A DNA stretch of 64,000 nucleotides from Neoechinorhynchus agilis (Eukaryota > Animalia > Acanthocephala). A program made the position numbers and the translations under genes. The DNA lies in the NCBI GenBank assembly GCA_051530055.1, contig CM121341.1, positions 6,364,784 to 6,428,783 on the forward strand, written 5' to 3'. Below are positions 24,850 through 36,816 of this stretch, piece after piece; within the stretch, counting starts at the first letter, position 1, and each line of letters starts with the position of its first letter. A model generated the notes under the pieces. It was not told the DNA's origin. It saw only the letters and a program-made list of their open reading frames with translations, and did no database searches.

Positions 24850-25505
24850 CCTCAGACAGTCGATCTGGGAGAGACCTCTCGTCGCGAGAGCTCACAGCTC
24901 TCTACTTTCAGATTCTCGCGATGGGGTCGTCCGAGCTAGACTGTTGGCAGTTTCGACACGAGAATCTGGGGCGTGGTTGGAGGCTGTTCCTCTGGCATCT
25001 GTGGGAACTCTTCTTACTGATGAGGTAACGAGGATCGCAGTATCCTTAAGGCTTGGTCTCCCGATATCCACGCCTCATCGCTGTCGATGTGGGTATTTGG
25101 TTGATGCTTTCGGGCGACAAGGACTCGTTTGCTGAAAGTCAAGAGGAACGTTCTCACGCCATTCTGAAATCAACAGCGTAATTTCTCGGGCGTTGAGAAC
25201 GGCGAACTCGCAGTAAGCAACATTCCGTACTCTCTCGAAATCATTGGAGGTGCAGCGGAAGGGAGGGAGGTACGAAAATATAGGGATTTAGCAAGGGCCC
25301 ACTAATTTGTCCCCTTCGGAATGGAGACGTATGGAGCGCTTGGCAGCTCGGCACTCTACTCAAGGATCTCGAAGAAATTGAGAGAAACGACCGGCGACGC
25401 ACGAGCAGGTGTATTCCTTCGAAAAAATATCTCGCTCGCAGTACAACGAGGCAAGGAGAGAAGCTAAGAATTTGCGGACGGTGGTGATTGCACGTTTTGT
25501 ACTTT
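24850..25505 (+). mobile_element. CRE-like non-LTR retrotransposon 3' fragment (CCHC-type Zn knuckle, internally deleted REL, 3'UTR)
   Basis: RARLLAVSTRESGAWLEAVP...RIAVSLRLGLPISTPHRCRCGYLVDAFG...RHSEINSVISRAL, then LAVSNIPYS...FVPFGMETYGALG...NISLAVQRG. Confidence 0.9.
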
Positions 25506-25688
25506 CACAATGTTTTTAAATTTTAAACCATTAAAAATTTTAAAAACGTAAAAAAATCAATTCATCAAGATCTTAGTCTTAATTTTGAAAAACAGAATAC
25601 CTTTAAAAAATTGGTACTGATTTAGAACGAACCAATTTTCAGCAGCGTGTCCGATTCAAAGAATACATTTGAAAAGGTGATTTATTGC

Positions 25689-25960
25689 TTATTTGTTATC
25701 ATCAATATTGTTATTGTTAATTCTGGGAATCGCTGCGATTCTTATAAAATAAGCAAACACGATTCCAATCAAAATGATTGATCCAAACACACTAACAGCT
25801 CCAGTAATGATTTCATATCCATAGAAGCAGTAATTGCGATCGAAAAAACCTGTACCGTTAGTTATCATGGTCGTTCGGGCAATACGAACACAAGAAATAG
25901 CCGCCTTTAAAAAATGATGAGCGTCGGAGAATAAGAAATTTATGACAAAAGAAAAGATAT
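25689..25960 (-). CDS. Possible terminal exon of a membrane protein
   Basis: Hydrophobic helix IITGAVSVFGSIILIGIVFAYFI followed by a short tail. Upstream exons not resolved. Confidence 0.3.
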
Positions 25961-28900
25961 TATAAAACGTACCTGTCTTACTGTTGACATTTGGGGGGGG
26001 CATTCGTAACATTTTTTACTGTGAGTTCTTCGTTTTTCAAGGGGCTTGTCTAAATCAAGTTTTTATCACTGTGTGAAAGTTCAAATTGTGTAACTGAATC
26101 ACTAGATGATTTTATAGGAGATTAAAAGTTTAAATACCATTTTGTGTTCACTAATAATTAGCTTTGCTCGCCTGTATACATATTGAGTCCGTACAGCATT
26201 ACTTTTCAGCCTGTTAGATTCCTATTATCCAATACAACGTTCAAAATACCACCGTTGATCACAAGGAATATAACAAATAACGGGCAAAAATCTGTAGCAG
26301 CGATGACTAGTTCTTTAAAATCTAAGGCGATTCTACATGACCCGACCTCACCAAATCCGCATTCCATTGTTTTCAGTCCAATATTGTTTATCGCTCAAAT
26401 AACGATTATTCTATCTTCACACAAAGATTACGCAAAATCAAGTGGGTTCAAATTCTTGTTATCTAACAAATAAACGTGTTATTAGCTTTACGACCTTTCC
26501 GCGCTACCAACAATCTCCTGAACTCCACTCTTGGATCAATGCGTTCCTTAAAAAGGTTTAGACACTTAAATTGGGCGAATCGACTTTTAATGATCAGTGA
26601 TCCTAATGCTCAAGCTTAATCCACCATAAAAATTTTATAAAAAGATGTAGAAGATTGTAAAATCAATGAAGGACTTTGCACGTTGCTCCTTAGATTTCTA
26701 TGAGGCAAGGAAGGTGAAAAACACTTCAACACAGAATAAATGTATTAATTCAACACTTTAATTATTTTTAAAGTTCCGATATCTTACGTTGTTTCGGGAA
26801 TCGCATCATATTATTTCAATAGATCATCAAAAGAAAAATGATGTGGGACATTTGGAAAGAAAAACTCACCTTATCAGTCATCTAAAAATGATTTTTTCTC
26901 GAATTTACAAGAAATGGTGATTTCAATTCTAGCGTTGTATACACTATTTGTTTTTCCATGCTGAGTACTTGGGTAGACTGTATTTCTGCAAGTATTGTAT
27001 CACGGAAATCTTCTTCAAATTAATCTCAATCGATTATTTTTCCAAAATAGACGATAGATAAATTGCCGAAAAGCGCGCATACGAGAATTTAAAAAGCAGT
27101 GGGTAAAATAAAGACTTCAATTACTATTTCTCAAAATATTTTTTGGACTATTTGACACAATATTACTCTTTATATCGGAGATCAAATGGAACGCTGTTAA
27201 ACGTATTTCCGCTTTAAAAACGTGTTCATTATTGTTCAAACATACAAAACACAAGATCGGAAGAGTTCAATACCAATAGCATTTAGGAAGATTATCGATA
27301 TTTTTCGTATAAGGACACAAAGTCGACGTATAATTTAGACCGGTTTTCATGGAGACTTGCTTTAGCAAGTTCGTATTTAGTGCAAAGAATCCACCGGGTT
27401 GTGTAACTGAAGGAAGGATAACTAATCTCGTAAGCGGATTCATAATAGACCGCTTATCGTGAGTGTTACGATATGGAGTTCTCTTGTAAAGCATTTGACC
27501 CGGGCAGAAGTGGTAACGAGGTGAAAGTGTTAATGCTAATTTTGCAGCAAGAATGGATGTGCCAATATTTTGACTGGCACATTGAGATAAAAATGTCGAA
27601 TCCAAGTATACGATGATACCCAGCAAACAGGGATTTGACTCGTAGATCGCTTCGGTTTAGTTCGTAATTCTCGAATCCAAGCGGAATTCGATTCGTCAAT
27701 AATATATGAACGGTTTTCCCTTTACCAACCAGAAGATCCAGTTCTTGAATAATTTGATCATATAAGCTTTTGTCGGTGACTTCACGATCATCTTCATAAC
27801 AGTGAACAATGCAAGTTCCGTCGGCAGTAACAAACTTCCCAATGCGTCCGAGTGAAATGAGGTTTGGACATAGTACACAACCTTCACGAGGTAACTCTTG
27901 CCTAAATAGAAAATATATCGGGATCGGAATTGAAGTCGTCCTTAATAAATAAGGCCGTATTCCCTTGTCGTCGCTGGTAACTTCTTCCCAATGCTCAGTG
28001 CCGAATTCTCCGGTACAGAATGTGCCTTCACATTCATTTATTTTTCTGTTAAGATTCCGAAAAGTGTGCCGGAGGAAGGTACTCAGACTTCAATTACGAA
28101 AGTGAAGCGCATCTAAGAACAAAATGCTTCTCTTCCGTAACATTAACGTTCATCGATCCACACACGGCGATAATCATCCCCAATAAATCTTGAATTTGTA
28201 AAAAGATAACGACAATAAAAACAACAACCTTATAGCCCCCTCCCATTGAATTTTCTCTCAATGATTCAACAACGAAATGGACAGTTTGGGGCAATTTAAA
28301 CATTCTCATTGGCGAATTGTGAAACACTCCAGTCTTATCGAAATCTTCATTGCGAATTCTCAAGGCCTAGTTCTCAAGCTTTTTTAAAGGACAATTTTAG
28401 ATTAAATCGTCCCCCGGACGCTGACCGCATTTCCTCGTTGGATTGCGAGGCTTATTCTTTGCAATTGTTAGCCTTGACTCGGGTGATAAAACTCGAATGG
28501 GTAACAATTCGCCATTGAGAATACACATCCACTCGAAACAAACAATTGGATAGAATTTAAGCGTCCATTATAAACAAAAAGAGTCCAAAATAAGACGATC
28601 AAACTAAAGAAAATCAAGAGTCCAAGAGACATCGCACAATCCGAGATCATTTAAATTCGTATAAATTTGATATGACAAGAAATGCGATACGAACGAGTTG
28701 CCAATGCAAATAGAGCCGATTTTATATTACAAAATCACGCAGAGAAAATCCTATATCGCCCACATTAAAACCCAAAATTATTTCTTTCATCCGCCACAGC
28801 CATCAAATCAATTATCTTCGGAGAACCGCAATGATCATTTTGATCGAGTTTGAGGCACGCTACGGAAGAATTTGCCATTTTTTAATGGGAAATTTAAGTC

Positions 28901-29084
28901 TAACAACACAGTTCAAAGAGACTGAAAGGCGTAATAAAATAGAACGTGAAAAAACCTCAGCTCCAATAAAGCAAAAAATGAGCAGTCTAACAAATAAAAG
29001 AATAATTCAATGTATAGATAGATTTTTTTCCCCAAAGACGAGTGCGATGTTTTATTTTGTCCGAATTTTCACCGTTTCACTACT

Positions 29085-30310
29085 TCGCTCTGACAAGGTC
29101 AGAAAAGTGATAAACCGTCTGAGAATTCATCCTTCCGATTGAGTGCTACTCCGCGACCAATAATCAGAGCCTCGGCAATGGAAAGGTCTACAGGATCAGA
29201 TGCCTTGGCTGACTGCTTCGCTCTGAAAAGGCCAGAAAAGGGATAAACCGTCTGAGAATTCATCCTTCCGATTGAGTGCTACTCCGCGACCAATAATCAG
29301 AGCCTCGGCAATGGAAAGGTCTACAGGATCAGATGCCTTGGCTGACTGCTTCGCTCTGAAAAGGTCAGAAAAGGGATAAACCGTCTGAGAATTCATCCTT
29401 CCGATTGAGTGCTACTCCGCGACCAATAATCAGAGCCTCGGCAATGGAAAGGTCACAGGATCAGATGCCTTGGCTGACTGCTTCGCTCTGAAAAGGTCAG
29501 AAAAGTGATAAACCGTCTGAGAATTCATCCTTCCGATTGAGTGCTACTCCGCGACCAATAATCAGAGCCTCGGCAATGGAAAGGTCTACAGGATCAGATG
29601 CCTTGGCTGACTGCTTCGCTCTGAAAAGGCCAGAAAAGGGATAAACCGTCTGAGAATTCATCCTTCCGATTGAGTGCTACTCCGCGACCAATAATCAGAG
29701 CCTCGGCAATGGAAAGGTCTACAGGATCAGATGCCTTGGCTGACTGCTTCGCTCTGAAAAGGCCAGAAAAGGGATAAACCGTCTGAGAATTCATCCTTCC
29801 GATTGAGTGCTACTCCGCGACCAATAATCAGAGCCTCGGCAATGGAAAGGTCTACAGGATCAGATGCCTTGGCTGACTGCTTCGCTCTGAAAAGGTCAGA
29901 AAAGTGATAAACCGTCTGAGAATTCATCCTTCCGATTGAGTGCTACTCCGCGACCAATAATCAGAGCCTCGGCAATGGAAAGGTCTACAGGATCAGATGC
30001 CTTGGCTGACTGCTTCGCTCTGAAAAGGCCCGAAAAGGGATAAACCGTCTGAGAATTCATCCTTCCGATTGAGTGCTACTCCGCGACCAATAATCAGAGC
30101 CTCGGCAATGGAAAGGTCTACAGGATCAGATGCCTTGGCTGGGCTAACATTATTGTGGTGGTTAGCAAAATCGCGTACGACGGTGCGTTCTTTCCAATGT
30201 AGCTGCAGGATTTCCCCTGGTCCTTGCAATTGCCGGATGTGATCCGGTTTACCACGGTGCTCATCATACAAGCTTCCTTCGGTCCATTTTGCTAACCGGG
30301 CCAAAAACAT
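29085..30310 (-). mobile_element. 133-bp tandem array (~8 copies, 29085-30139) made of the GIY-YIG C-terminus of a Penelope-like element, attached to the upstream GIY-YIG sequence
   Basis: Unique flank reads STVVNRITSGNCKDQGKSCSYIGKN. The repeat unit reads DPVDLSIAEALIIGRGVALNRKDEFSDGLSLF, resembling the L-x-I-x-EAL-x-I...LNR end of PLE endonucleases. Confidence 0.7.
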
Positions 30311-30748
30311 CGTACTCGGGAACGTTTTTGGAAAAATCTATACTAAACAATGCGAGTACGCAACAAAGATGCCGTCCATCAATTAATTTCAATGTTCATA
30401 TAAAAATAATAACCATATCGCCACTTGTTTTCTTATGTTGAAGCTATAGAAAAAATTCGACAATGATTTCAGAACGTTTTATAAATACGAAAAAAATATT
30501 TAATCAAAAACCCGAGAATGACGAGTTTTTCGTTCTCGTGGAGATTTATTTACATGCAAATTTTCGAGGCCTCAACCTCTTTATCAAGCATCCAAAATCA
30601 CATTGTGGTAGTATCATTTGATCCCTGAAATCTCGAAGAGGAAAAAACTCGCCGTATAGAGAAAATAATTATTTATTAAAAATATAAATAGCTTCTCTGT
30701 GAGTGTTTTTTTTAAAGTTGAACTACGCTAAATCTAAATCATGGCCAG

Positions 30749-32101
30749 CTATAGATAATTAACGCGGGCCATTTCGTCATGCTTGATTTTTTGTCGATAT
30801 GATTCGAGCCGGAATCGGTAACCAATCAGCGATGGCATCGGAATTACTCGTCGGACGAAAGTCATCGGAATTTTCTGTTCGAAGAGATAAGAACACTTCT
30901 GGCGGACGTGTTGTTTACTTACGGATTTTGTAACCGTATAATAAGTCCAATCCTGTTGTCCGATACTCATCTTCTGAGGTACAACAGCATTCTTGGTGGT
31001 AAACAACGAATCGAACGTCTGCTTGAGCTTAAATGCACTACTCATGTAAATTACGTCTAGAAAGTGGTTCTAATTTGGGAAAGGAGAATGGGTCTAGTTT
31101 CTTTTTTTTCAAATGAACCTTTTCGGTATTCAAGCAAATATCTTTAGTTGATCGTGGAATAATGTCAAGGCTCAACGTAGACTGTTCATTGCAACCAGTT
31201 CCATTGAGCTGATTTTTCAACTCATTGATCCATAACATGAGACTATAACGCCTTCTGTCGGGACACATGAGAAGATTCCCATCCTCTGCTGGAATGTTGT
31301 ACAAAATTAGATCCGTTTGAACGTTTTGAGTAGGAGCCAAAGAATTGACGGTATTCGTGAATCGATCGAATTCCATCTCATGAATACGCTGACAAGCACA
31401 AGCCCCCTTTTTAAAAACATTAATTGCAGCCAATGAGCGAGAGTAACAAAATCTGACCATTATATATTTGTCATATTGCTGAGACTTAAGAGTACCGAAC
31501 AATTCAATCAAATCAATACTCTTCGAAATATTGACTTCGGCACTGTCAATCATCTTATCGAAGCCCTACGTTTCATAAGATTACTAAAACATTAATACAA
31601 AGACTTCTTTTACCAATTGTAACTGTTCAGTCATTCGTTGCCTGCAATGTTCAATGAATGGAACGCAGCCTTTGTGCGTCCGCATAAGGAGAAGCATCTC
31701 GCAATTAAGCTCATCGAGAACAATACGCCTAGGCATTATCTTGTCCTCAAATTGTTCATCGATTGAGTTAAGAAACAAGGTTTCCTTTGAAATAAGCTTT
31801 TCTAGTTTCCACATGCGTTTTCGAGTCTTTTAAACAGTTGAAAATGTGAACGTCAGGACGTACAAACCTTATGATCTTCTTTTATGGCTGAATGAAACCT
31901 TCTTGTTGAGAGCCTCACTCGCTCTCTAGCAATCTTTAAAAGATCCTGTTCAGAACACATAGACGACATCATCGATTCCTCAATAGAATCCAAAAAAAGC
32001 TTGGCGTTCTCGTATTCATTCCGAAAATACGCAGTTAAAAACTCGTTCAATTGCCCGTATGGTCTAAACAAGGCGATTTTTAGATACGAAAAATACAACA
32101 A
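30749..32101 (-). CDS. Multi-exon hypothetical protein (at least 4 exons; 5' end unresolved)
   Basis: Four consecutive same-strand ORFs are joinable by ~40-50-nt GT-AG introns (for example TEK|NHFLDVIYMSSAF). No family recognised. Confidence 0.6.
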
Positions 32102-32349
32102 TAATGAAATCTTAAAATATTCGTGTTTAAATATATCGCAAAAATGAGGCTGACAGTTAAGTCAGGACCGTAAGCACAAAAACTCCATTAACTTAGCCTA
32201 ACGGGAAATTCTAACAAAAACTCAAACGTAAAAATGAGATTTATCTTTAGGAAAGGAAAAACGAATTTTTAAACACTTTTCTTTAAGTTTACATGTTTTC
32301 AATAAAGTTAAAAATGGTTTCTTTTATTCAATTGCGAATAATTCACACT

Positions 32350-32975
32350 TTTGAAAATTCTAAGATGTAAAATAACGTTCACCAATTTCTCCCGATAAAT
32401 CGAGATTATCCGTGAAAATAGAAACAAAAAAGTGGACAATTGAACATGATGGACACTTGTGAAAATTTCTAAGATATAAAATCGCGCTCATCGATTTCTC
32501 TCTCGATCGATCAATCGAGATTATCCGTAAAAATAGGGGAAAAAATTGACGATTGAACATGTGGAACACTTGTGAAAATTTCTAGGATATAAAATCGCGC
32601 TCATCGATCGATCGAGATTATCCATGAAAAAAGAAACAAAATCCACGATTGCAGATGATGAACACTTGTGAAAATTCTTAGATTGTCCATAAAAATAAAA
32701 AGAAAGTGGACGATTGAACATGATAGCCACTTTGAAAAAAATTTAAGATATAAAATCGCGCTCATCGATCGATCGAGATTATCGGTGAAAACAGAAACAA
32801 AATCGACGATTGTAGATGATGGACATTTAAAAAATTTTAAGATATAAAATCGCGCTCATCGATCGATCGAGATTATCCATGAGAGAAGAAACAAAATCCA
32901 CGAGTGAACATGATGAACCCTTGTGAAATTTCTTAATTTCTAGGATATAAAATCGCGTTCACCAATTTCTCGATC
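32350..32975. repeat. Degenerate tandem repeat, ~95-115-bp unit, 6-7 copies, overlapping the 3' end of the EF-hand gene
   Basis: a(a/g)gatataaaatcgcg...atcgagattatcc recurs at ~32362, 32470, 32586, 32745, 32839 and 32943. Confidence 0.85.
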
Positions 32976-33376
32976 GAGACCATCCCTTCATCATCCTCTC
33001 CCGAGGCTTCAGCGAATACTCTTTCGACATCCGCTTTGTTGACCCCGTCTCCTAGGGTTACAACTGCATGTTTTACGTCATAGGCATTGACCATTCCGGT
33101 ATTGTCCTTGTCGAAGATGGAGAGCATTTCTCTAACTTCGTCCTCAGCTTCAGGTCTTCGATCAGCGATCAGTCTGGCTACTTCCATAAATTCATTTTCA
33201 CTTATTTGACCATCATCGTTTCCACAACAAGCTTCTTTGACCATCTTTTGATCTGATTCGAGCAATACGAGCGAATGAGCTTGCAAGGCGTTCAATGCTA
33301 ATTGATAATCGATACGACCATCTTCGTTATGGTCAAAGTATCGAAACAGCTGAATTAAACTAATCTGAGTGGACAT
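32933..33376 (-). CDS. Calmodulin/centrin-like EF-hand protein (147 aa)
   Basis: FRYFDHNEDGRIDY, DDGQISENEF, LSIFDKDNTGMVN and GEDDEGMVSIEKL. Confidence 0.9.
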   Translation of the reverse strand: MSTQISLIQLFRYFDHNEDGRIDYQLALNALQAHSLVLLESDQKMVKEACCGNDDGQISENEFMEVARLIADRRPEAEDEVREMLSIFDKDNTGMVNAYDVKHAVVTLGDGVNKADVERVFAEASGEDDEGMVSIEKLVNAILYPRN

Positions 33377-33725
33377 TCGAAAGTACGAAACCGAGCGAAT
33401 GGACGCGTTTGCGTTATTTTGTATAGGTCACGCCAAAAGCGGACAGAATCGAAATGCAAAGTGATTTCATCAAAGTCGAAAATTGAGAAGTTGGACGACT
33501 TTTTTGGTGTTTTTACTTTAAAAACTTAGTTCAAATATTTATAGCCTAACGAGAATTAAAAGAACTTATCTGATATTTTTCGATGTGTGATAAAACACTT
33601 AAATTTTTATTATAAAAGAGTATGTACAACTTATTGGAGATTACCCAAATCAATCAGAATCAATAAAGTGCTTTAATTTTAACATGTTCGTAAAAAAACA
33701 TTAGAACAATTCTGTCTTCAAACAA

Positions 33726-35178
33726 AAAGGATTAAAAAGGTCGATAAAACTCCAGCACTAAGATTAAATGATTCAAAGAAGTTTTTAAAGACGATTTTCT
33801 GATAATGTTTTCTTAAATATTCTTAAAAAAGGGATTAAAGAGGTTAAATATTCTTAAAAAATAGATTAAAGAGGTTAAATATTCTTAAAAAAAGGATTAA
33901 AGAAGTAGATAAAACTCCAACACTAAGATTAAATGATTCAAAGAGGTTTTTGAAGACGATTTTCTGATAATGTTTTCTTAAATATTCTTAAAAAAGGGAT
34001 TAAAGAGGTTTATAAAACTCCAACACTAAGATTAAATGATTCAAAGAGGTTTTTGAAGACGATTTTCTGATAATGTTTTCTTAAATATTCTTAAAAAAGG
34101 ATTAAAGAGGTTAAGTATTCTTAAAAAATAGATTAAAGAGGTTAAATATTCTTAAAAAAGGATTAAAGAGGTTAAATATTCTTAAAAAAAGGATTAAAGA
34201 GGTTAAATATTCTTAAAAAAGGATTAAAGAGGTTAAATATTCTTAAAAAAAGGATTAAAAAGGTCGATAAAACTCCAACACTAAGATTAAATGATTCAAA
34301 GAGGTTTTTGAAGACGATTTTCTGATAATGTTTTCTTAAATATTCTTAAAAAAGGGATTAAAGAGGTTTATAAAACTCCAACACTAAGATTAAATGATTC
34401 AAAGAGGTTTTTGAAGACGATTTTCTGATAATGTTTTCTTAAATATTCTTAAAAAAAGGATTAAAGAGGTTTATAAAACTCCAACACTAAGATTAAATGA
34501 TTCAAAGAGGTTTTTGAAGACGATTTTCTGATAATGTTTTCTTAAATATTCTTAAAAAAGGATTAAAGAGGTTAAATATTCTTAAAAAAAGGATTAAAGA
34601 GGTGATAAAACTCCAACACTAAGATTAAATGATTCAAAGAGGTTTTTAAGACGATTTTTGATAATGTTTTCTTAAATATTCTTAAAAAAAGGATTAAAGA
34701 AGTAGATAAAACTCCAACACTAAGATTAAATGATTCAAAGAGGTTTTTGAAGACGATTTTCTGATAATGTTTTCTTAAATATTCTTAAAAAAGGATTAAA
34801 GAGGTTTATAAAACTCCAACACTAAGATTAAATGATTCAAAGAGGTTTTTGAAGACGATTTTCTGATAATGTTTTCTTAAATATTCTTAAAAAAAGGGAT
34901 TAAAGAGGTTTATAAAACTCCAACACTAAGATTAAATGATTCAAAGAGGTTTTTGAAGACGATTTTCTTGTAATGTTTTCTTAAATATTCTTAAAAAGGG
35001 ATTAAAGAGGTTAAATATTCTTAAAAAAAGGATTAAAGAGGTTGTTTCAATTCGAACACTAAGATTAAATGATTCAAAGAGGTTTTTGAAGACGATTTTC
35101 AATGTTTCCTTAAATATTCTTAAAAAAGGGATTAAAGAGGTCGATAAAACCCGAACACTACGATTTGAAGACGATTTT
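33726..35178. repeat. AT-rich composite satellite (~103-bp unit interspersed with a variable number of ~29-bp subunits)
   Basis: Recurrent ataaaactccaacactaagattaaatgattcaaagagg and ggattaaagaggttaaatattcttaaaaaa. Confidence 0.95.
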
Positions 35179-35382
35179 GGCGTTCTTTTCCTTTAACAAA
35201 ATGTTAAAAATTCCGGATTTTAAGAAATGGTTTGTTGAAAAACAATTAGAAGCGAACCTTGCCAAAGTTTCTGATTGTTTACACGTTTTGGTAACTAGCT
35301 TTTGCAGTTTAATAGCTCGTTCCTTCTCGATTTCGATGCTTCAAACGAATCAAAATCAGAATGAGATTTAGATAATCACTCA

Positions 35383-35747
35383 CTATGATTTGATTGAATC
35401 CATAAACTTTTCTTGAGCAAGATTTATTGCTTCGAAAGCTTGGACGGCTTTCTCGAAATATGCTGCATCCTTTTTGATGAACGAAAAGGATATGATCGTC
35501 ATAAAGAAATGAAGGTGCTTACAATGAATGGTTCCGGCTTTTTTGGGCAATTATTTGATCCATCTCTAAAGTAGGATTGTTCAAACTTTAAAATTTTATT
35601 ATTATTGTAATTATACCTTGCCCTGTTGTTCATATTGATTTCACCTTCTCTGAAAGCCTTATATTTCAGCATCTCGGAGCAACCTCGATCAGGTATTGCA
35701 AAACGTTGGATAAGTGAATGCTGTGTGGATTCCTTTCTAGACTGCAT
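35383..35747 (-). CDS. Small spliced hypothetical protein (~85-100 aa)
   Basis: ORF 35499-35747 has a gtaagc donor at 35522. A 53-nt intron to 35470 joins in frame to DAAYFEKAVQAFEAINLAQEKFMDSIKS*. Confidence 0.45.
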
Positions 35748-36342
35748 AACGGAAACGACGGGTCGAAACGTTCCTTAACAATGATGTTCACCTAAAAACG
35801 CATTCAGATAAAATATTGACGTGTTTATCGACGCAAACAATCGATTTTTTCTATTCAAAATGAAGTGAAAAATAAAAGGCTGACATAGAACGAATAACAC
35901 GTCTTGAATTTCTCTTTAAAACAATTGTAAAATCCAAATTGGGTTCTTAATTAACGTTTAATAAGGTATTTTTCTTCAACATGCCTCTTAAATCACAGGT
36001 TAACTGATTTAATCGTTTATATTCTCTCTTTTTTGCAGAAAAAAACACGTTTATCTAATAAAAGCGTTTATGGATCAAAAAAGAGTTTCATCTTTTATAA
36101 GATTCAAAAATCCGTTCATTCTTCGTATTATTTCATCTTTTATTTTTGGCAAGCCTTTTAATATTACTTATAGAGATTAAATTCTAATATTGACAAACGT
36201 ACGCCTTGTTTTGGTGGACATTCAATGCTGGTTATGGCGGCGGCGCTTGTTAAAAGAACAAGGTTCTAACTGATCATTAAAGGAAATTGCCCTAAAAATA
36301 AAGATAAAATTATGGAAAGCCTCTTTTCCCAACACCCTCATG

Positions 36343-36663
36343 TTTTATTCCAGATTTATTAACGAACGGAAAATGGGTGTTTTATTTCTTGCTTCAAATT
36401 TTCGACGCCTTGCGTCTTCGTCAGGAAGCTTTTCTTCGGTTATCTGAAAAGGAATCAGAGGAGGGCAACTGCTCAATAAGAGGGATGATCTTCACGTATT
36501 AAAAACTTACAAACAATACTGAAGAAGATCCGAGATAGAGGATCGAAATATTTAATTTAATTAAATTTAATTACTTTCTCCACTCGAACAAAACAATGAT
36601 GAACTATCTTTTCAATATAAATAAAACACCCATTTTCCGTTCGATAATAAATCTGGAATAAAA
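36343..36663 (+). mobile_element. Minimal Penelope-like remnant: 45-bp inverted ends around a GIY-YIG C-terminal fragment and a hammerhead-like motif
   Basis: Inverted repeat 36343-36387 / 36619-36663 with 1 mismatch. Internal frames read LRLRQEAFL / GQLLNKRDDLHVLKTYKQY*. Confidence 0.6.
36514..36558 (+). ncRNA. Candidate minimal type I hammerhead ribozyme
   Basis: CTGAAGA-A-GATCC(gagataga)GGATC-GAAA-TAT-T: intact core boxes, perfect 5-bp stem II and a palindromic ATAT stem III. Stem I pairing is weak. Confidence 0.5.
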
Positions 36664-36816
36664 ATAAAGACGTTTGTACACTTTCTCTTATTTTAACCAA
36701 CAATGCAAATCAGTACATCCGTCCGGTTGCTAGGTCACAAGTTTGAGAGCTTAAGTATTTGGACGATGATGGCTAACATTCGTGAGTTTTTGCTAAAAAT
36801 AAACACCTAAAAATCA

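Noticed and set aside
29993-30310. Resemblance of VDLSIAEALIIGRGV to electron transfer flavoprotein alpha
   Set aside because: Short match only. The flanking YIG motif and the EAL...LNR pattern fit a Penelope GIY-YIG better.
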